From a virus, in IMG/VR virus record IMGVR_UViG_3300044991_001301: a DNA stretch of 64,000 bases; one strand, 5' to 3'. The notes beneath the pieces were generated by a model. It searched no databases. It was not told the origin of the DNA and saw only the letters and a program-made list of their open reading frames with translations. Shown here piece after piece: positions 41,901 through 52,100 of this stretch; positions within the stretch are counted from its first letter, which is position 1; every line of letters starts with the position of its first letter. The position numbers and the translations under genes are program-made.

Positions 41901-43020
41901 TGACTATGCTAACGTTGCTGATTTTGGGGTTGTAACTACTCAGTCGTCCGGCACATACTTTCCAGTATTTGTAAATGGTAGCAGTACAGGTAACTATGCT
42001 CACGCATCAAACAGTGGATTATCAGCTAATTTAGCTAACGGCGCATTGATAGCAACTACATTCGTAGGTGCATTGTCAGGGGCAGCTACTACTGCTGGTA
42101 CTGTTACAACTAATGCGCAGCCTAATATTACTAGTGTTGGTACACTGTCTAGTTTAGCAGTAACAGGAACAACCACTAGTGGTAACTTTGCAACTGCAGG
42201 TAACATAACAGCTAGTTTCTTGGTATCAAATGTTTCGACTGGCACAGCACCTATCGCAGTAGCTAGCACAACTCGCGTTGCCAACTTAAATGTTGACTAT
42301 GCTAACGTTACTGATTTTGAAGTTGTAACAGCACAAACTACTGGTACTTTCTTCCCTACATTCATAAGTGGTAGTAGTAGTGCTAATTATGCGTTATCAG
42401 CAAACAGCGGGTTCTCAGCTAACATAGCTAATGGCGCATTAATAGCAACTACATTCGTAGGTGCTTTAAGTGGTGCGGCAACTACTGCGGGTACCGTTAC
42501 TACTGCTGCTCAACCCAATATTACTAGTGTTGGCACACTAACTACACTAGTGGTAGGTAATGCGACTGCTAATACAACTTTTGGTAATGGTACAATCACT
42601 GCATTAGGTAATCTAAGTGCTGCCAATATTAGTACCGCCGGCAATATAAGTGCGAACAATGCAACTGTCTCTGCGTCGCTAGAAATAGGTAATACTGGAG
42701 TATCTTGGAGCACAACAACAACCACTGGTACTGGTGCAAATCAAACATTAGCAACTTTTGCGGTTTCTAGCAGTACATTTACAGGAGTCGAGTTCCTAGT
42801 GAAGAGCACTGATTCAACTGGATCAAAATATGCAATAGCTACTGTACAAGCAGTGACTGATGGAGCTACGGTTGATTATGCTACATTTGGAACTGTAAGA
42901 TTGGGTACGAGTACAGGCACAATCACTGTAAATATCATAGCAGGACCAAATATAGCACTACAGGTTACCCCCGCTAGCAGCAATTCAACTGTATGGACTA
43001 CACAATATAGATTCCTATGA
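38977..43020 (+). CDS. Long repetitive fibre protein
   Basis: Many (A/N)AQPNITSVGTL and STTRVANLNVDYANV repeats; DAATKKYVD domain. Confidence 0.75.
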   Translation: MAIRALNSIGGFSIGETAANIILANGDITTGNATFTGNAAAANVLTDHLLYANGTAWSFTAVAGANTQIQFNNDGALGASANFTFSSSLNILTVLGNIVSTNANLGNSATANFFTGVLTTNAQPNITSVGTLTSLAVTGNISSGNANLGNLAIANFFSGTLTTNAQPNITSVGTLTALDVTGNISSGNANLGNLAIANFFSGNGSLLTGLVIAAGTSIVNGNSNVIVTANSNVNISSNGVANVVVVTSTGANIDGTLAATGNLSAANANLGNLTTSNFYAGTLTTAAQPNITSVGTLTALIVTGTASAGNIATAGNVTASFLVSNVSTGTAPIAVASTTRVANLNVDYANVSDFGVVSAQTTGTYFPVFANGSSTANYALAANSGFSANLANGGLTATTFIGALSGAATTAGTVTTAAQPNITSVGTLSSLSVTGTTTSGNFATAGNLTASFVVSNVTTGTAPLTVTSTTRVANLNVDYANVADFGVVTAQTTGTFFPTFVSGSSTGNYAQAANSNLSFNAATGALSATLFTGTLTTAAQPNVTSVGTLTALAVTGNISAGNANLGNLTTSNFYAGTLTTAAQPNITSVGILTALAVTGNLSAGNANLGNLTTSNFYAGTLTTAAQPNITSVGTLNDLAVTGNITTSANLITDLIVGRTSGITITATGSNQNINLTPTGTGTVNVGNFIISNVATPVADFDAATKKYVDEVAQGLHTHDSCQAATPTILSTITSGTITYNNGASGVGANLVTTGSFNLIDGVNVQSSGTRILVKDEANAAHNGIYVWSNATVITRADDFNTPTEMAGGDFTFVTAGTVYDNTGWVMPDSVTTVGTSPVVWVQFSGAGTYTAGTGLALNGTVFSIANTTVTAGAYGNGDYNATFTVNGQGQLSAAANVAITANAGNLSGTVLKSTVVTSSLTSVGTLGSLAVTGTTTSGNFATAGNLTASFVVSNVATGTAPIAVASTTRVANLNVDYANVADFGVVTTQSSGTYFPVFVNGSSTGNYAHASNSGLSANLANGALIATTFVGALSGAATTAGTVTTNAQPNITSVGTLSSLAVTGTTTSGNFATAGNITASFLVSNVSTGTAPIAVASTTRVANLNVDYANVTDFEVVTAQTTGTFFPTFISGSSSANYALSANSGFSANIANGALIATTFVGALSGAATTAGTVTTAAQPNITSVGTLTTLVVGNATANTTFGNGTITALGNLSAANISTAGNISANNATVSASLEIGNTGVSWSTTTTTGTGANQTLATFAVSSSTFTGVEFLVKSTDSTGSKYAIATVQAVTDGATVDYATFGTVRLGTSTGTITVNIIAGPNIALQVTPASSNSTVWTTQYRFL

Positions 43021-43048
43021 TAATTGCCATAACTAAATATAAGAGAAT

Positions 43049-44494
43049 ATGGCAACCACCTTTAATTCAATAAACGGATTTTCGTTTGGAGAACTCGGAA
43101 ATACTGTAATTGATAGTAACGGCAATGTTATTGCTAACGCATTGTCAGCTTCGGGCAATGCTACTTTTACTTCCGCTGCAACTAGCACCAGTACAACTAC
43201 TGGTGCAGTAAAGGTCACCGGCGGCGTTGGTATAACCGGTAATATTTATGTAGGTGGAAATCTTAATGTTGCAGCGAAAAGTAATTTAGGCGCCGTTGGA
43301 AACGTTGTTATTACCGGTGGTACATCTGCGTATGTGTTAAGCACTGACGGGTTAGGTAATTTAAGTTGGGTAGCACAAACCGGTGGAGGTGGAGCCTCGA
43401 TCAGCAATGGTACTAGTAATGTTAATATTGCTAGTGCAAATGGTAACGTAACTGTAGGTGTTTCTGGAAACGCTAACATTGTACAGTTTACTGGTACAGG
43501 TGTTAATGTCGCCGGGACATTACAAGTAACTGGTGTTAGTAATCTGGGGCCTGTGGGAAATGTCGTTATTACCGGCGGTAGTAATGGTCAAATGTTAACA
43601 ACAGATGGTTCAGGTAACTTAACTTGGACTTCTAGCAGTGGTAATATCACCATTGATACTTTCACTGGTAATGGTGTACAGACTATCTTTACTCTCAGCA
43701 CCACACCAACCAGTAACAATTTCATACAAGTTAACATCGATGGTGTAACTCAATTACATAACGCATTTACCGTAGCCAGTGCAAATGTAACGATGTCTGC
43801 TGCCCCATCGTCTGGCGCACAGATAGAAGTAACTACCTTTGCATTGGGTGGTGGCGCCGGGGGTGGTGGATCCGGTACATTTATAACCAGGACTTACACG
43901 GGTAACGGTGTTCAAACTACCTTTACTGTTACGTCAGGTGTCACGGTTGACAGTGTGTTAGTGATGGAAAACGGCATTGTTCAAGTACCTACCACAGACT
44001 ACACGGTATCTGGTGCTGTTTTAACCTTCACTACTGCACCGGCTGTCGCTATGGGGATTCAAATCCGTGAACTGGCGAGTGGCGGCGGTGGCACCCCTGG
44101 TGGATCAAACACCTATATTCAGTTCAACAATGCCGGTTCATTTGGTGGCACGGCTAATTTAACTTGGGACGGCGCAAACTTTAGAGTTAACACCACTACA
44201 ATTCAATTGGGCGCTAATGCTGGACTTACCAGTCAAGGTGCTAATTCGATAGCGATTGGTGCAAATGCTGGTGTTACCAGCCAAGCAGCCAACTCAATCA
44301 TTATCAATGCAACCGGTGCTACTTTAAATCAAACCACCGCCAATACATTCACAGTTGCTCCGATACGAAATGATACTAGTAATGTAGCCAATGTGCTTTA
44401 TTACAATACATCGACCAAAGAAATATCATACGCTCCGCCAGGTGGAATAACAGCACAGGATTTATTAAGTCCATTCTTGTTAATGGGAGCATAA
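43049..44494 (+). CDS. Fibre protein (proximal component of cassette 1)
   Basis: GAVKVTGGVGI, LSTDGLGNLSW and FTGNGVQTIF modules; hydrophobic C-terminus SPFLLMGA. Confidence 0.7.
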   Translation: MATTFNSINGFSFGELGNTVIDSNGNVIANALSASGNATFTSAATSTSTTTGAVKVTGGVGITGNIYVGGNLNVAAKSNLGAVGNVVITGGTSAYVLSTDGLGNLSWVAQTGGGGASISNGTSNVNIASANGNVTVGVSGNANIVQFTGTGVNVAGTLQVTGVSNLGPVGNVVITGGSNGQMLTTDGSGNLTWTSSSGNITIDTFTGNGVQTIFTLSTTPTSNNFIQVNIDGVTQLHNAFTVASANVTMSAAPSSGAQIEVTTFALGGGAGGGGSGTFITRTYTGNGVQTTFTVTSGVTVDSVLVMENGIVQVPTTDYTVSGAVLTFTTAPAVAMGIQIRELASGGGGTPGGSNTYIQFNNAGSFGGTANLTWDGANFRVNTTTIQLGANAGLTSQGANSIAIGANAGVTSQAANSIIINATGATLNQTTANTFTVAPIRNDTSNVANVLYYNTSTKEISYAPPGGITAQDLLSPFLLMGA

Positions 44495-44503
44495 GGAAAT
44501 AAC

Positions 44504-44833
44504 ATGGCAATCACATACAAAGTTTTAGGGCAAAGTAACCCAGCTGCAAACACAAACACAGATTTGTATACAGTACCTTCTGCTACATCAGCAGTTTGTA
44601 GTACACTTGTTATTTGCAATCAGGCAGCAAGTGCCGCAACATTTAGAATTGCAGTAAGGCCAGCTGGAGCAGCAATAGCAACGCCACAGTATATATCGTA
44701 TGATACCAATATAAACGCTAATGATAGTATTACAATGACTATTGGGATTACATTAGCAACAACAGATATAATTACAGTTAGAGCTAACACAACAACAGTT
44801 AGTTTTAACTTATTTGGGTCAGAGTTGACATGA
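44504..44833 (+). CDS. Small beta-rich fibre adaptor protein
   Basis: 109 aa; LYTVP...VICN...FRIAV...FNLFGSE; translationally coupled to the next gene. Confidence 0.65.
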   Translation: MAITYKVLGQSNPAANTNTDLYTVPSATSAVCSTLVICNQAASAATFRIAVRPAGAAIATPQYISYDTNINANDSITMTIGITLATTDIITVRANTTTVSFNLFGSELT

Positions 44834-47800
44834 GTATAACGTCAGTTGTAAATGACCTTGTAACTAGCGTAAGTGTCATTAACGCATTAAAACCTTTACC
44901 TCCGACTATCTCTGGCTATAGTGTTGGTGGGGTAGATGATACAGCGTTAGATCCAGCCGGCGGACAAACTGTTCTAATTAATGGTACTGGCTTTTTAGCA
45001 GGAGCAACTATTACATTTGATGGTAGTGCTGTGGCAGTGGTAACTTATGTTAATCCAAATCAATTAACATTCACCAGCCCTGCAAAAAGTGCAGGCACAT
45101 ATACAATTTATGTGGTAAATGCTGACGGTGGTACCGCAATATATATTCCCGGCATTATCTATAGCGTATTACCAACTTGGACAACAAGTGCCGGTACATT
45201 AGGCAGCTATTATGAGACAACAAGTATATCAAATACAGTAATCGCTTCGGGTGATGCCCCGATCACTTATGCATTATATTCTGGTAGTTTACCAACTGGA
45301 TCTACCCTATATGCCAATGGTGTAATAACTGGCACAGCCCCAGTAGATAGCAGTAGTACAACATATTCATTTACAATCCAAGCAACTGACGCACAATTAC
45401 AAGATAGCACCAGAAGTTTTAGTTTAACAATTAATGTTGATGCTGTTACCTGGGTTTCACCAGCAAATGCCGCAACATATACCACTGCGGTAGATAGTGT
45501 TATAGCTAATGTAGCATTAAGTGCAACAGATGCCGCTGGTTATGCGGTTAGTTATAGTGCTAATGCACTACCAACTGGATTGACATTAACTGGTTCAAAC
45601 ATATCTGGTACACCAACTGTGATAGCTGATAGTAGCACATTGTTAACTGCTACGGCTGCGACAACAACTCGTAGTGCGGTAAGAACTATCAATTGGAGTA
45701 TTACAGTAGCCAATGATCCCTACTTTGAGTACAATACATTATTGATACCGGGTGCAAGTACAACTTTTGTAGATGATGCAAGTACAAATAACTTTGCCGT
45801 AACGATTGCGGGTGATACAAAGCCAAACAGTTTTAATCCGTATAGTCCTGGTTATTATAGTAACTATTTTGATGGCACCGGGGATTATATAAGTGTTCCG
45901 GATAATGTTGCGTTTACTATGGCAGCTGGTGACTTTACAATTGAATGCTGGGTAAATTTATCAACAATATCCGGATCTCAAATAATAATTGGAACCTGTG
46001 ATTCAGGTGGTTCTCAGGGTTCTATGAGTTTTGTACTTAATGTAAACAGCGGGACACCAAGAATTGGCGTTGGCTATGGTGGTACTATGTATTTTGCTAC
46101 AGCAGCATCTGCTATTACAGCAAATACATGGGTACATATAGCAGGAGTTCGTAACGGAGCCAGTGTTTATATATATGTAAATGGAGTTCAATCTACTGCA
46201 TTGAATATGGCAAGTTTAGCCATAACTGACTCAACGCAAATAGTTGCTATTGGTAGAAATGGAGCCGGTAATTTTGAGTATGTCACTGGATATGTATCTA
46301 ACGCACGCATCGTCAAAGGCACAGCAGTATACACTGGTGCATTCACCCCGCCCACACTTGCACCACTCACCAATGCGGGTTCAACTTCTGCTGCCGCATA
46401 TCCAAGTACAATAAATGTAGATATCACTTTTGCATCTTCAGCAACAAGCTTGTTAACCAGCCAATCTAATCGTTTCATTGATAACAGTACAAACGCATTT
46501 ACAGTAACAGTTGCGGGTAATACTTCAATAAAATCATTCCAACCCTTCACGCCAAACAGTAGTTATAGTCTATATGGTAGTGGATACTTTGATGGTACTG
46601 GTGATAGCATATATTCAAGTGTTTCTGCCGCTGGCGCAGGTTCATTTACTTACGAGGCGTGGGTTTATCCTGTAGCATTTGCAAGCAATAAGACAATTTT
46701 TAGAACTGATAACGGTGGAGCCCTTGACATTTCACTATTATGCAATTCAACAGGTCAACTTTTATCTTATGATAATTCTGGAACTTTACTTGCTTCTACT
46801 ACTACAACTTTACAACTTAATACTTGGGCATATGTTGCATTAGTGCGTAACGGAACAGCAATGCAAATTTACATCAATGGTGTTGAAAGTCGAACAGGTG
46901 GATCCGGTACTTTTTCTAACAACATCACCTATACTCAACTTGATATTGGTGGTCGTTCAACTAATGGTGATGAAAGTTGGAATGGATATATCACTGATGC
47001 TCGGTATACCAAATCAGCAGTCTATACTACAACATTTACACCACCCTCTGCACCCTTAACAGCAATAGCAAATACAAGTTTATTAACCTTACAAAACAAT
47101 CAATCAGTAAACAATAGTGTATTCTTAGATAACAGTACAAATAACTTTTTAGTAACACGCAACGGTAATACTACTCAAGGTACATTTTCACCTTATGGTG
47201 GTAACTGGAGTAATTACTTTGATGGTAGTGGTGATTATTTAAGTGTTCCGGGCAATTCCGTATTTGCATTTGGCACCGAGGATTTCACTTTAGAAGTTTG
47301 GTTATATGCAAACAGTATTAGTACAGGTACATTTGATAGGATATGTGCAACATCAGATTACAATGGATCAGGTTTTGACTGGTCATTAAACACTAGTACC
47401 TCTTTTTTATACGTAGGTGGTACAGCCTATTCAATAGGATCTATTACTACTAACACATGGCATCATCTTGTTTATACAAGAAGTGGTTCTGTCATTCGTG
47501 GCTTTAAAAATGGTAATCTTTCTAGTTACACAACCGGAGCATCACAAAATGTTGTATCTGTTACTCAATTATACATTGGTACCGGTTATAGTGGAACTGC
47601 ACTTAATGGGTATCTATCAAATCTTCGTATAATAAAGGGATCAATTCCAGTTGCCTATCAAACAAGCAGTACGACTACTGGTACTCAAATATTTACCTCA
47701 CCTACATCTCCTGTAACAGATATATCTGGTACAAGTTTATTAACCTGTCAGAGTAATCGTTTAATAGACAATAGTACAAACAACTTTGCTATTACAAAAG

Positions 47801-49677
47801 TCGGGGATACTAGTGTACAGCGTTTCTCACCATTCAATCCATCAATAGTAACCCCAACAAGTTATAGTGGTTATTTTGATGGTACTGGAGATTACTTAAA
47901 TACTCCAAGTAATGCCGCTTTTGGATTTGGTACAGGAGATTTTACTATTGAAGCTTGGTATTATTTTACCGGTACAATAGGAACATATCAACGACCATGG
48001 TGGTTTGGTGATGATAATGATAATATTGAAATTAACGGTAGTGTTCTAAGAGTTGGTGGTGCTAGTCAAGGTACATTAATAACAGGTGGTACTACAATTC
48101 TTGCTAACACATGGTATCATGTTGCATTAACAAGAGCAAGTGGTAGTTATAAATTATGGCTAAATGGAACACAACAAGGTAGTACAGCTTCAAATAGTTA
48201 CAATTCTTCTGCTAGAACTTTTACTATAATGGCAACTTCAGGAGGCTCTAATCCGTCGACCGGCTATGTTTCTAATTTGCGTATCGTCAAAGGTGTCGCA
48301 GTATACACCGGAGCATTCACTGTACCCACAAGCCCACTAACAGCAACACAAAGTAGTGGTACAAATATTGCCGCAATTACTGGAACATCAACAAGTTTAT
48401 TAACCTGTCAATCAACTACATTTATAGATAACAGTACAAACAACTTTACTATATCTGCATTTGGCAATAGTCAACCAACTCAACAAAACCCATTTGGATA
48501 TACCAGTGCAACTACAAATGGTTATACGGCGAGTACAATCGGCGGTAGTGGTTACTTTGATGGTACTGGAGATTTCCTACAGCTCTTAAGTGCTGGTACT
48601 TCGTTCAATATGGGTACTGGAGCTTTTACTGCCGAAGCTTGGATCTATCCACTGGTTTCAGATACGTGGCAAGGCGGCATTTCTACCATTGGTACTTTTG
48701 GAACCGGATTTGGCTTTAATATAACTAATACAAACAAAATACGATTTACTATTGGCGATAGCGGATCAGGTACTGACTTAGATAGTACTGCTAGTGTTCT
48801 TAAAAATACTTGGACACACATTGCAATTACCAGAAATTCTAGTGGAACTATGTCAGTGTTTATAAATGGCGGTTTACAAGGAACTGCTACCTCCAGCGCA
48901 AATATTACTAATACAGAATGTATACTTGGTAGAGGTTATCTTAACTTAGACCTAAATCTCTTAAACGGATACATGACAGATGTTCGTGTTATAAAAGGCA
49001 CATCACTGTACACTAGTAACTTTGTACCACCTTCAGCACCCTTAACCGCAATACAAAATACAACACTGTTAACTAATATGACCGGTGCCGGTATCTACGA
49101 TGCCGCAATGATGAATAACATGGAAACTGTTGGTGATGCAAAACTAAGTACAGCAATCTCAAAGTTTGGCGGAAGTAGTATGAGTTTTGACGGTACCGGG
49201 GACTATGTTATCGAGCCTACTAATGTCAACTTTGGTTATGGCACAGGCGATTTTACTATTGAGTTCTGGCTATATTTAAATACATTGGGATTACAAACTA
49301 TTTTTAGTAATTTGACAGCCGATGCTAGTGTAAATCCACACATTTATTACAATTCAGGCCTTTTATATTTTACTAATAGTGCAAACAGAATTACAGGATC
49401 AACACTAAGTACAGCTACATGGTATCATATTGCTGTATGTCGTGCGTCAGGGTCAACAAAGATGTTTATAAATGGAACACAGAGTGGTAGTACTTACGCA
49501 GACACTAATAATTATGGCACTACTGCACCTCTTGGTATTGGCACATATTGGAGATCAGGCACACCAGCTACTACTGAGACATTTAACGGTTACCTAGACG
49601 ATCTACGCATCACAAAAGGTTATGCACGTTATACTTCTAACTTCACACCACCGGCAGCTGCATTCCCAATCTATTAA
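44830..49677 (+). CDS. Receptor-binding adhesin with IPT/Ig-like domains and six LamG/ConA-like lectin domains
   Basis: Six FDG(T/S)GD...FT.E.W...W.H.A..R...GY..N/D.RI.KG units; N-terminal GGQTVLINGTGF (IPT) and GSLPTG (Ig-like) motifs. Confidence 0.8.
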   Translation: MSITSVVNDLVTSVSVINALKPLPPTISGYSVGGVDDTALDPAGGQTVLINGTGFLAGATITFDGSAVAVVTYVNPNQLTFTSPAKSAGTYTIYVVNADGGTAIYIPGIIYSVLPTWTTSAGTLGSYYETTSISNTVIASGDAPITYALYSGSLPTGSTLYANGVITGTAPVDSSSTTYSFTIQATDAQLQDSTRSFSLTINVDAVTWVSPANAATYTTAVDSVIANVALSATDAAGYAVSYSANALPTGLTLTGSNISGTPTVIADSSTLLTATAATTTRSAVRTINWSITVANDPYFEYNTLLIPGASTTFVDDASTNNFAVTIAGDTKPNSFNPYSPGYYSNYFDGTGDYISVPDNVAFTMAAGDFTIECWVNLSTISGSQIIIGTCDSGGSQGSMSFVLNVNSGTPRIGVGYGGTMYFATAASAITANTWVHIAGVRNGASVYIYVNGVQSTALNMASLAITDSTQIVAIGRNGAGNFEYVTGYVSNARIVKGTAVYTGAFTPPTLAPLTNAGSTSAAAYPSTINVDITFASSATSLLTSQSNRFIDNSTNAFTVTVAGNTSIKSFQPFTPNSSYSLYGSGYFDGTGDSIYSSVSAAGAGSFTYEAWVYPVAFASNKTIFRTDNGGALDISLLCNSTGQLLSYDNSGTLLASTTTTLQLNTWAYVALVRNGTAMQIYINGVESRTGGSGTFSNNITYTQLDIGGRSTNGDESWNGYITDARYTKSAVYTTTFTPPSAPLTAIANTSLLTLQNNQSVNNSVFLDNSTNNFLVTRNGNTTQGTFSPYGGNWSNYFDGSGDYLSVPGNSVFAFGTEDFTLEVWLYANSISTGTFDRICATSDYNGSGFDWSLNTSTSFLYVGGTAYSIGSITTNTWHHLVYTRSGSVIRGFKNGNLSSYTTGASQNVVSVTQLYIGTGYSGTALNGYLSNLRIIKGSIPVAYQTSSTTTGTQIFTSPTSPVTDISGTSLLTCQSNRLIDNSTNNFAITKVGDTSVQRFSPFNPSIVTPTSYSGYFDGTGDYLNTPSNAAFGFGTGDFTIEAWYYFTGTIGTYQRPWWFGDDNDNIEINGSVLRVGGASQGTLITGGTTILANTWYHVALTRASGSYKLWLNGTQQGSTASNSYNSSARTFTIMATSGGSNPSTGYVSNLRIVKGVAVYTGAFTVPTSPLTATQSSGTNIAAITGTSTSLLTCQSTTFIDNSTNNFTISAFGNSQPTQQNPFGYTSATTNGYTASTIGGSGYFDGTGDFLQLLSAGTSFNMGTGAFTAEAWIYPLVSDTWQGGISTIGTFGTGFGFNITNTNKIRFTIGDSGSGTDLDSTASVLKNTWTHIAITRNSSGTMSVFINGGLQGTATSSANITNTECILGRGYLNLDLNLLNGYMTDVRVIKGTSLYTSNFVPPSAPLTAIQNTTLLTNMTGAGIYDAAMMNNMETVGDAKLSTAISKFGGSSMSFDGTGDYVIEPTNVNFGYGTGDFTIEFWLYLNTLGLQTIFSNLTADASVNPHIYYNSGLLYFTNSANRITGSTLSTATWYHIAVCRASGSTKMFINGTQSGSTYADTNNYGTTAPLGIGTYWRSGTPATTETFNGYLDDLRITKGYARYTSNFTPPAAAFPIY

Positions 49678-49785
49678 CTTAAACAAATTATGACAATAAT
49701 AACTAGATTAAGCAAGGTTGGGCAGTAACTTAAGTTACAGTATCCATATACCAGACAGCATAAATACACTAAAGGCCCTATCCAA

Positions 49786-51726
49786 ATGGCATTGACAGTA
49801 ATTCAACCCTCAGGAGTTAATAACTCTGCAAACTATACCTTTAATGGAGTGACATTGACGGGGAATCTCACTGTGGCTAATGTGAGTAATCTGGGGGCGG
49901 TGGGCAATGTTATCATCACCGGTGGCAGTAACGGGCAAGTATTAACCACTAATGGATCAGGTGGACTAAGTTGGGCAACAGGTGGAAGTGGTAGTAGCAG
50001 TAATATCAGCAATGGTAATTCAACTGTCAATATCCCCGCAGCCAATGGCAATATAAATCTAACGGCTGTAGGTAATACTACAATAGTAGTGACAGGTACC
50101 GGTGCTAATATCACTGGTACATTAAATGTTAGCAACGCAACTACTAGTGGTAATTTTGCGACGGCTGGTAACTTAACAGCAAGCTTTATTGTATCAAATG
50201 TAGCGACAGGCACAGCACCTCTTACCGTAACAAGTACAACTCGCGTTGCAAATCTTAACGTTAATTATGCCAACGTTGCTGACTTTGGAGTGGTTACAAC
50301 ACAGACTACTGGTACATTCTATCCTGTATTTGTAAGTGGAAATACTACCGGCAACTATGCACCTGCATCAAACAGTGGCTTCTCGGCTAATTTAGCCAAT
50401 GGAGCACTGATAGCAACTACATTCGTTGGTGCATTGAGTGGAGCAGCAACTACAGCAGGTACTGTTACTACTGCTGCTCAACCTAATATTACTAGTGTTG
50501 GTACATTGACAAGTTTAGCAGTTACAGGCAACATCACAGCAGGCAACTTGATTGGAGTACTTGCAAATGGTAACAGTAATGTGTATATTGCTACAGCAAA
50601 CGGCAATGTAACTATAGCAGCAGTTGGTAATACAACCCTAATAATAACTGGGACTGGTGCTAATATCACTGGTACATTAAATGTAAGTGGTAATCTATCA
50701 GCAGGTAATGTAAGTGCAACAAACGGCAATTTTACTACTGCTAACGTAAGTGGTCAATTAATTTCAACTATAGCAATTGGTACTGCCCCGTTAGTTGTTA
50801 CTTCAACCACGCTAGTTGCCAACTTAAATGCTAATACCTTAAACGGAGCAACCACCGCTTCCGCTAATACAGCTAGCACAATTGCATTAAGAGATGCAAA
50901 TGGTAACGTCTCAGCTAACTTTTTTATTGGTAATGGTAGTCAATTAACAGGCATAGCGACTGGTAGTTCATCTAATATATCTAATGGCACAAGCAATGTA
51001 AATATTGCTGCATCTGGTGGTAACATCACTGCGGGGGTAGGCGGAACTGCAAACATATTAATACTAACCACCACTGGTGCTAATATCACGGGTACAGCTA
51101 ATGTCAGTGGTAATGCCAATGTTGGTAACTTGGGTACCGCAACTGCTATCATCGCTACTGGTAATATTACAACGATTAACAGTGGATTATTACAAAATAG
51201 CACTAGTAATATCGTGGTGACTAGTGCGGGAAATGTAACAATAACTGCTGCTGGTAACGCTACTCTAGCCGTCACTGGGACTGGGGCTAATGTCGCCGGT
51301 ACATTAAATGTTACAGGTAATGTGGCACTTAGTGGCGCTAACGTTAGTTTGGGAGCAGTCGGAAACGTTAAGATTACCGGCGGTACAAGTACATATGTGT
51401 TAAGTACAGACGGTGCGGGTAACTTAAGTTGGGCAGCTGCTCCTTCAGGAGCAAATGTTACAGTAGATAATTTTACGGGTAATGGTGTACAAACAATATT
51501 TACTTTAAGCACTACTCCAATTGGTATAAATCAAACCAGTGTTAACTATAATGGAGCTACAGTATTACGTACAGATTATTCATTGACAGGTGCAAACATT
51601 ACATTTAGTAGTGCTCCTGCAAATAGTAGTTATATAGAAGTAACAACAATCAATCTCACATCCGGTGGAGGTGGCGGAACATCAGCGGCAGCCGCAGTAG
51701 GCTATTCATTAATATTTGGAGGATAA
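49786..51726 (+). CDS. Fibre protein (proximal component of cassette 2)
   Basis: Same modules as the other fibres; C-terminus AVGYSLIFGG; TAAATA upstream. Confidence 0.7.
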   Translation: MALTVIQPSGVNNSANYTFNGVTLTGNLTVANVSNLGAVGNVIITGGSNGQVLTTNGSGGLSWATGGSGSSSNISNGNSTVNIPAANGNINLTAVGNTTIVVTGTGANITGTLNVSNATTSGNFATAGNLTASFIVSNVATGTAPLTVTSTTRVANLNVNYANVADFGVVTTQTTGTFYPVFVSGNTTGNYAPASNSGFSANLANGALIATTFVGALSGAATTAGTVTTAAQPNITSVGTLTSLAVTGNITAGNLIGVLANGNSNVYIATANGNVTIAAVGNTTLIITGTGANITGTLNVSGNLSAGNVSATNGNFTTANVSGQLISTIAIGTAPLVVTSTTLVANLNANTLNGATTASANTASTIALRDANGNVSANFFIGNGSQLTGIATGSSSNISNGTSNVNIAASGGNITAGVGGTANILILTTTGANITGTANVSGNANVGNLGTATAIIATGNITTINSGLLQNSTSNIVVTSAGNVTITAAGNATLAVTGTGANVAGTLNVTGNVALSGANVSLGAVGNVKITGGTSTYVLSTDGAGNLSWAAAPSGANVTVDNFTGNGVQTIFTLSTTPIGINQTSVNYNGATVLRTDYSLTGANITFSSAPANSSYIEVTTINLTSGGGGGTSAAAAVGYSLIFGG

Positions 51727-51727
51727 C

Positions 51728-52099
51728 ATGGCAGCACCAAACATAATCAGTGCAACAACAATCAATGGTAAAACAACCGGTGCAAATCTAACAACTACCG
51801 CGGCAACTACAGTATTAAACAATGCCAGCGGTAGTGGTAAGTGTTTAAAAGTAAACGTATTAAACGTAGCTAATTACGGTAATAGCGTAGCTAATATTAC
51901 CATTGGTTATTATAGTGCAGCCAACGTTGGTGGAACATTATTTCAACTTGTGGGAAATGTAAGTGTTCCTAGTAATAGTACATTAAATGTTATTGACAAA
52001 ACAAGTCAGTATTACTTAGAAGAAAACAGTAGTCTAGGAGCAACCGCAGGCACAGCAAACACATTGTGTGTTACTTGCAGTTATGAGGATATAAGTTAA
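51728..52099 (+). CDS. Small beta-rich fibre adaptor protein
   Basis: MAAPNII...VANY...SVPSNSTL..IDK...YLEE...SYEDIS; SD GGAGG before ATG 51728. Confidence 0.65.
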   Translation: MAAPNIISATTINGKTTGANLTTTAATTVLNNASGSGKCLKVNVLNVANYGNSVANITIGYYSAANVGGTLFQLVGNVSVPSNSTLNVIDKTSQYYLEENSSLGATAGTANTLCVTCSYEDIS

Positions 52100-52100
52100 A

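Noticed and set aside
49690-49740. 12-codon ORF MTIITRLSKVGQ and 14-bp palindrome GTAACTTAAGTTAC
   Set aside because: It could be a gene remnant, but it is too short to support and has no SD.
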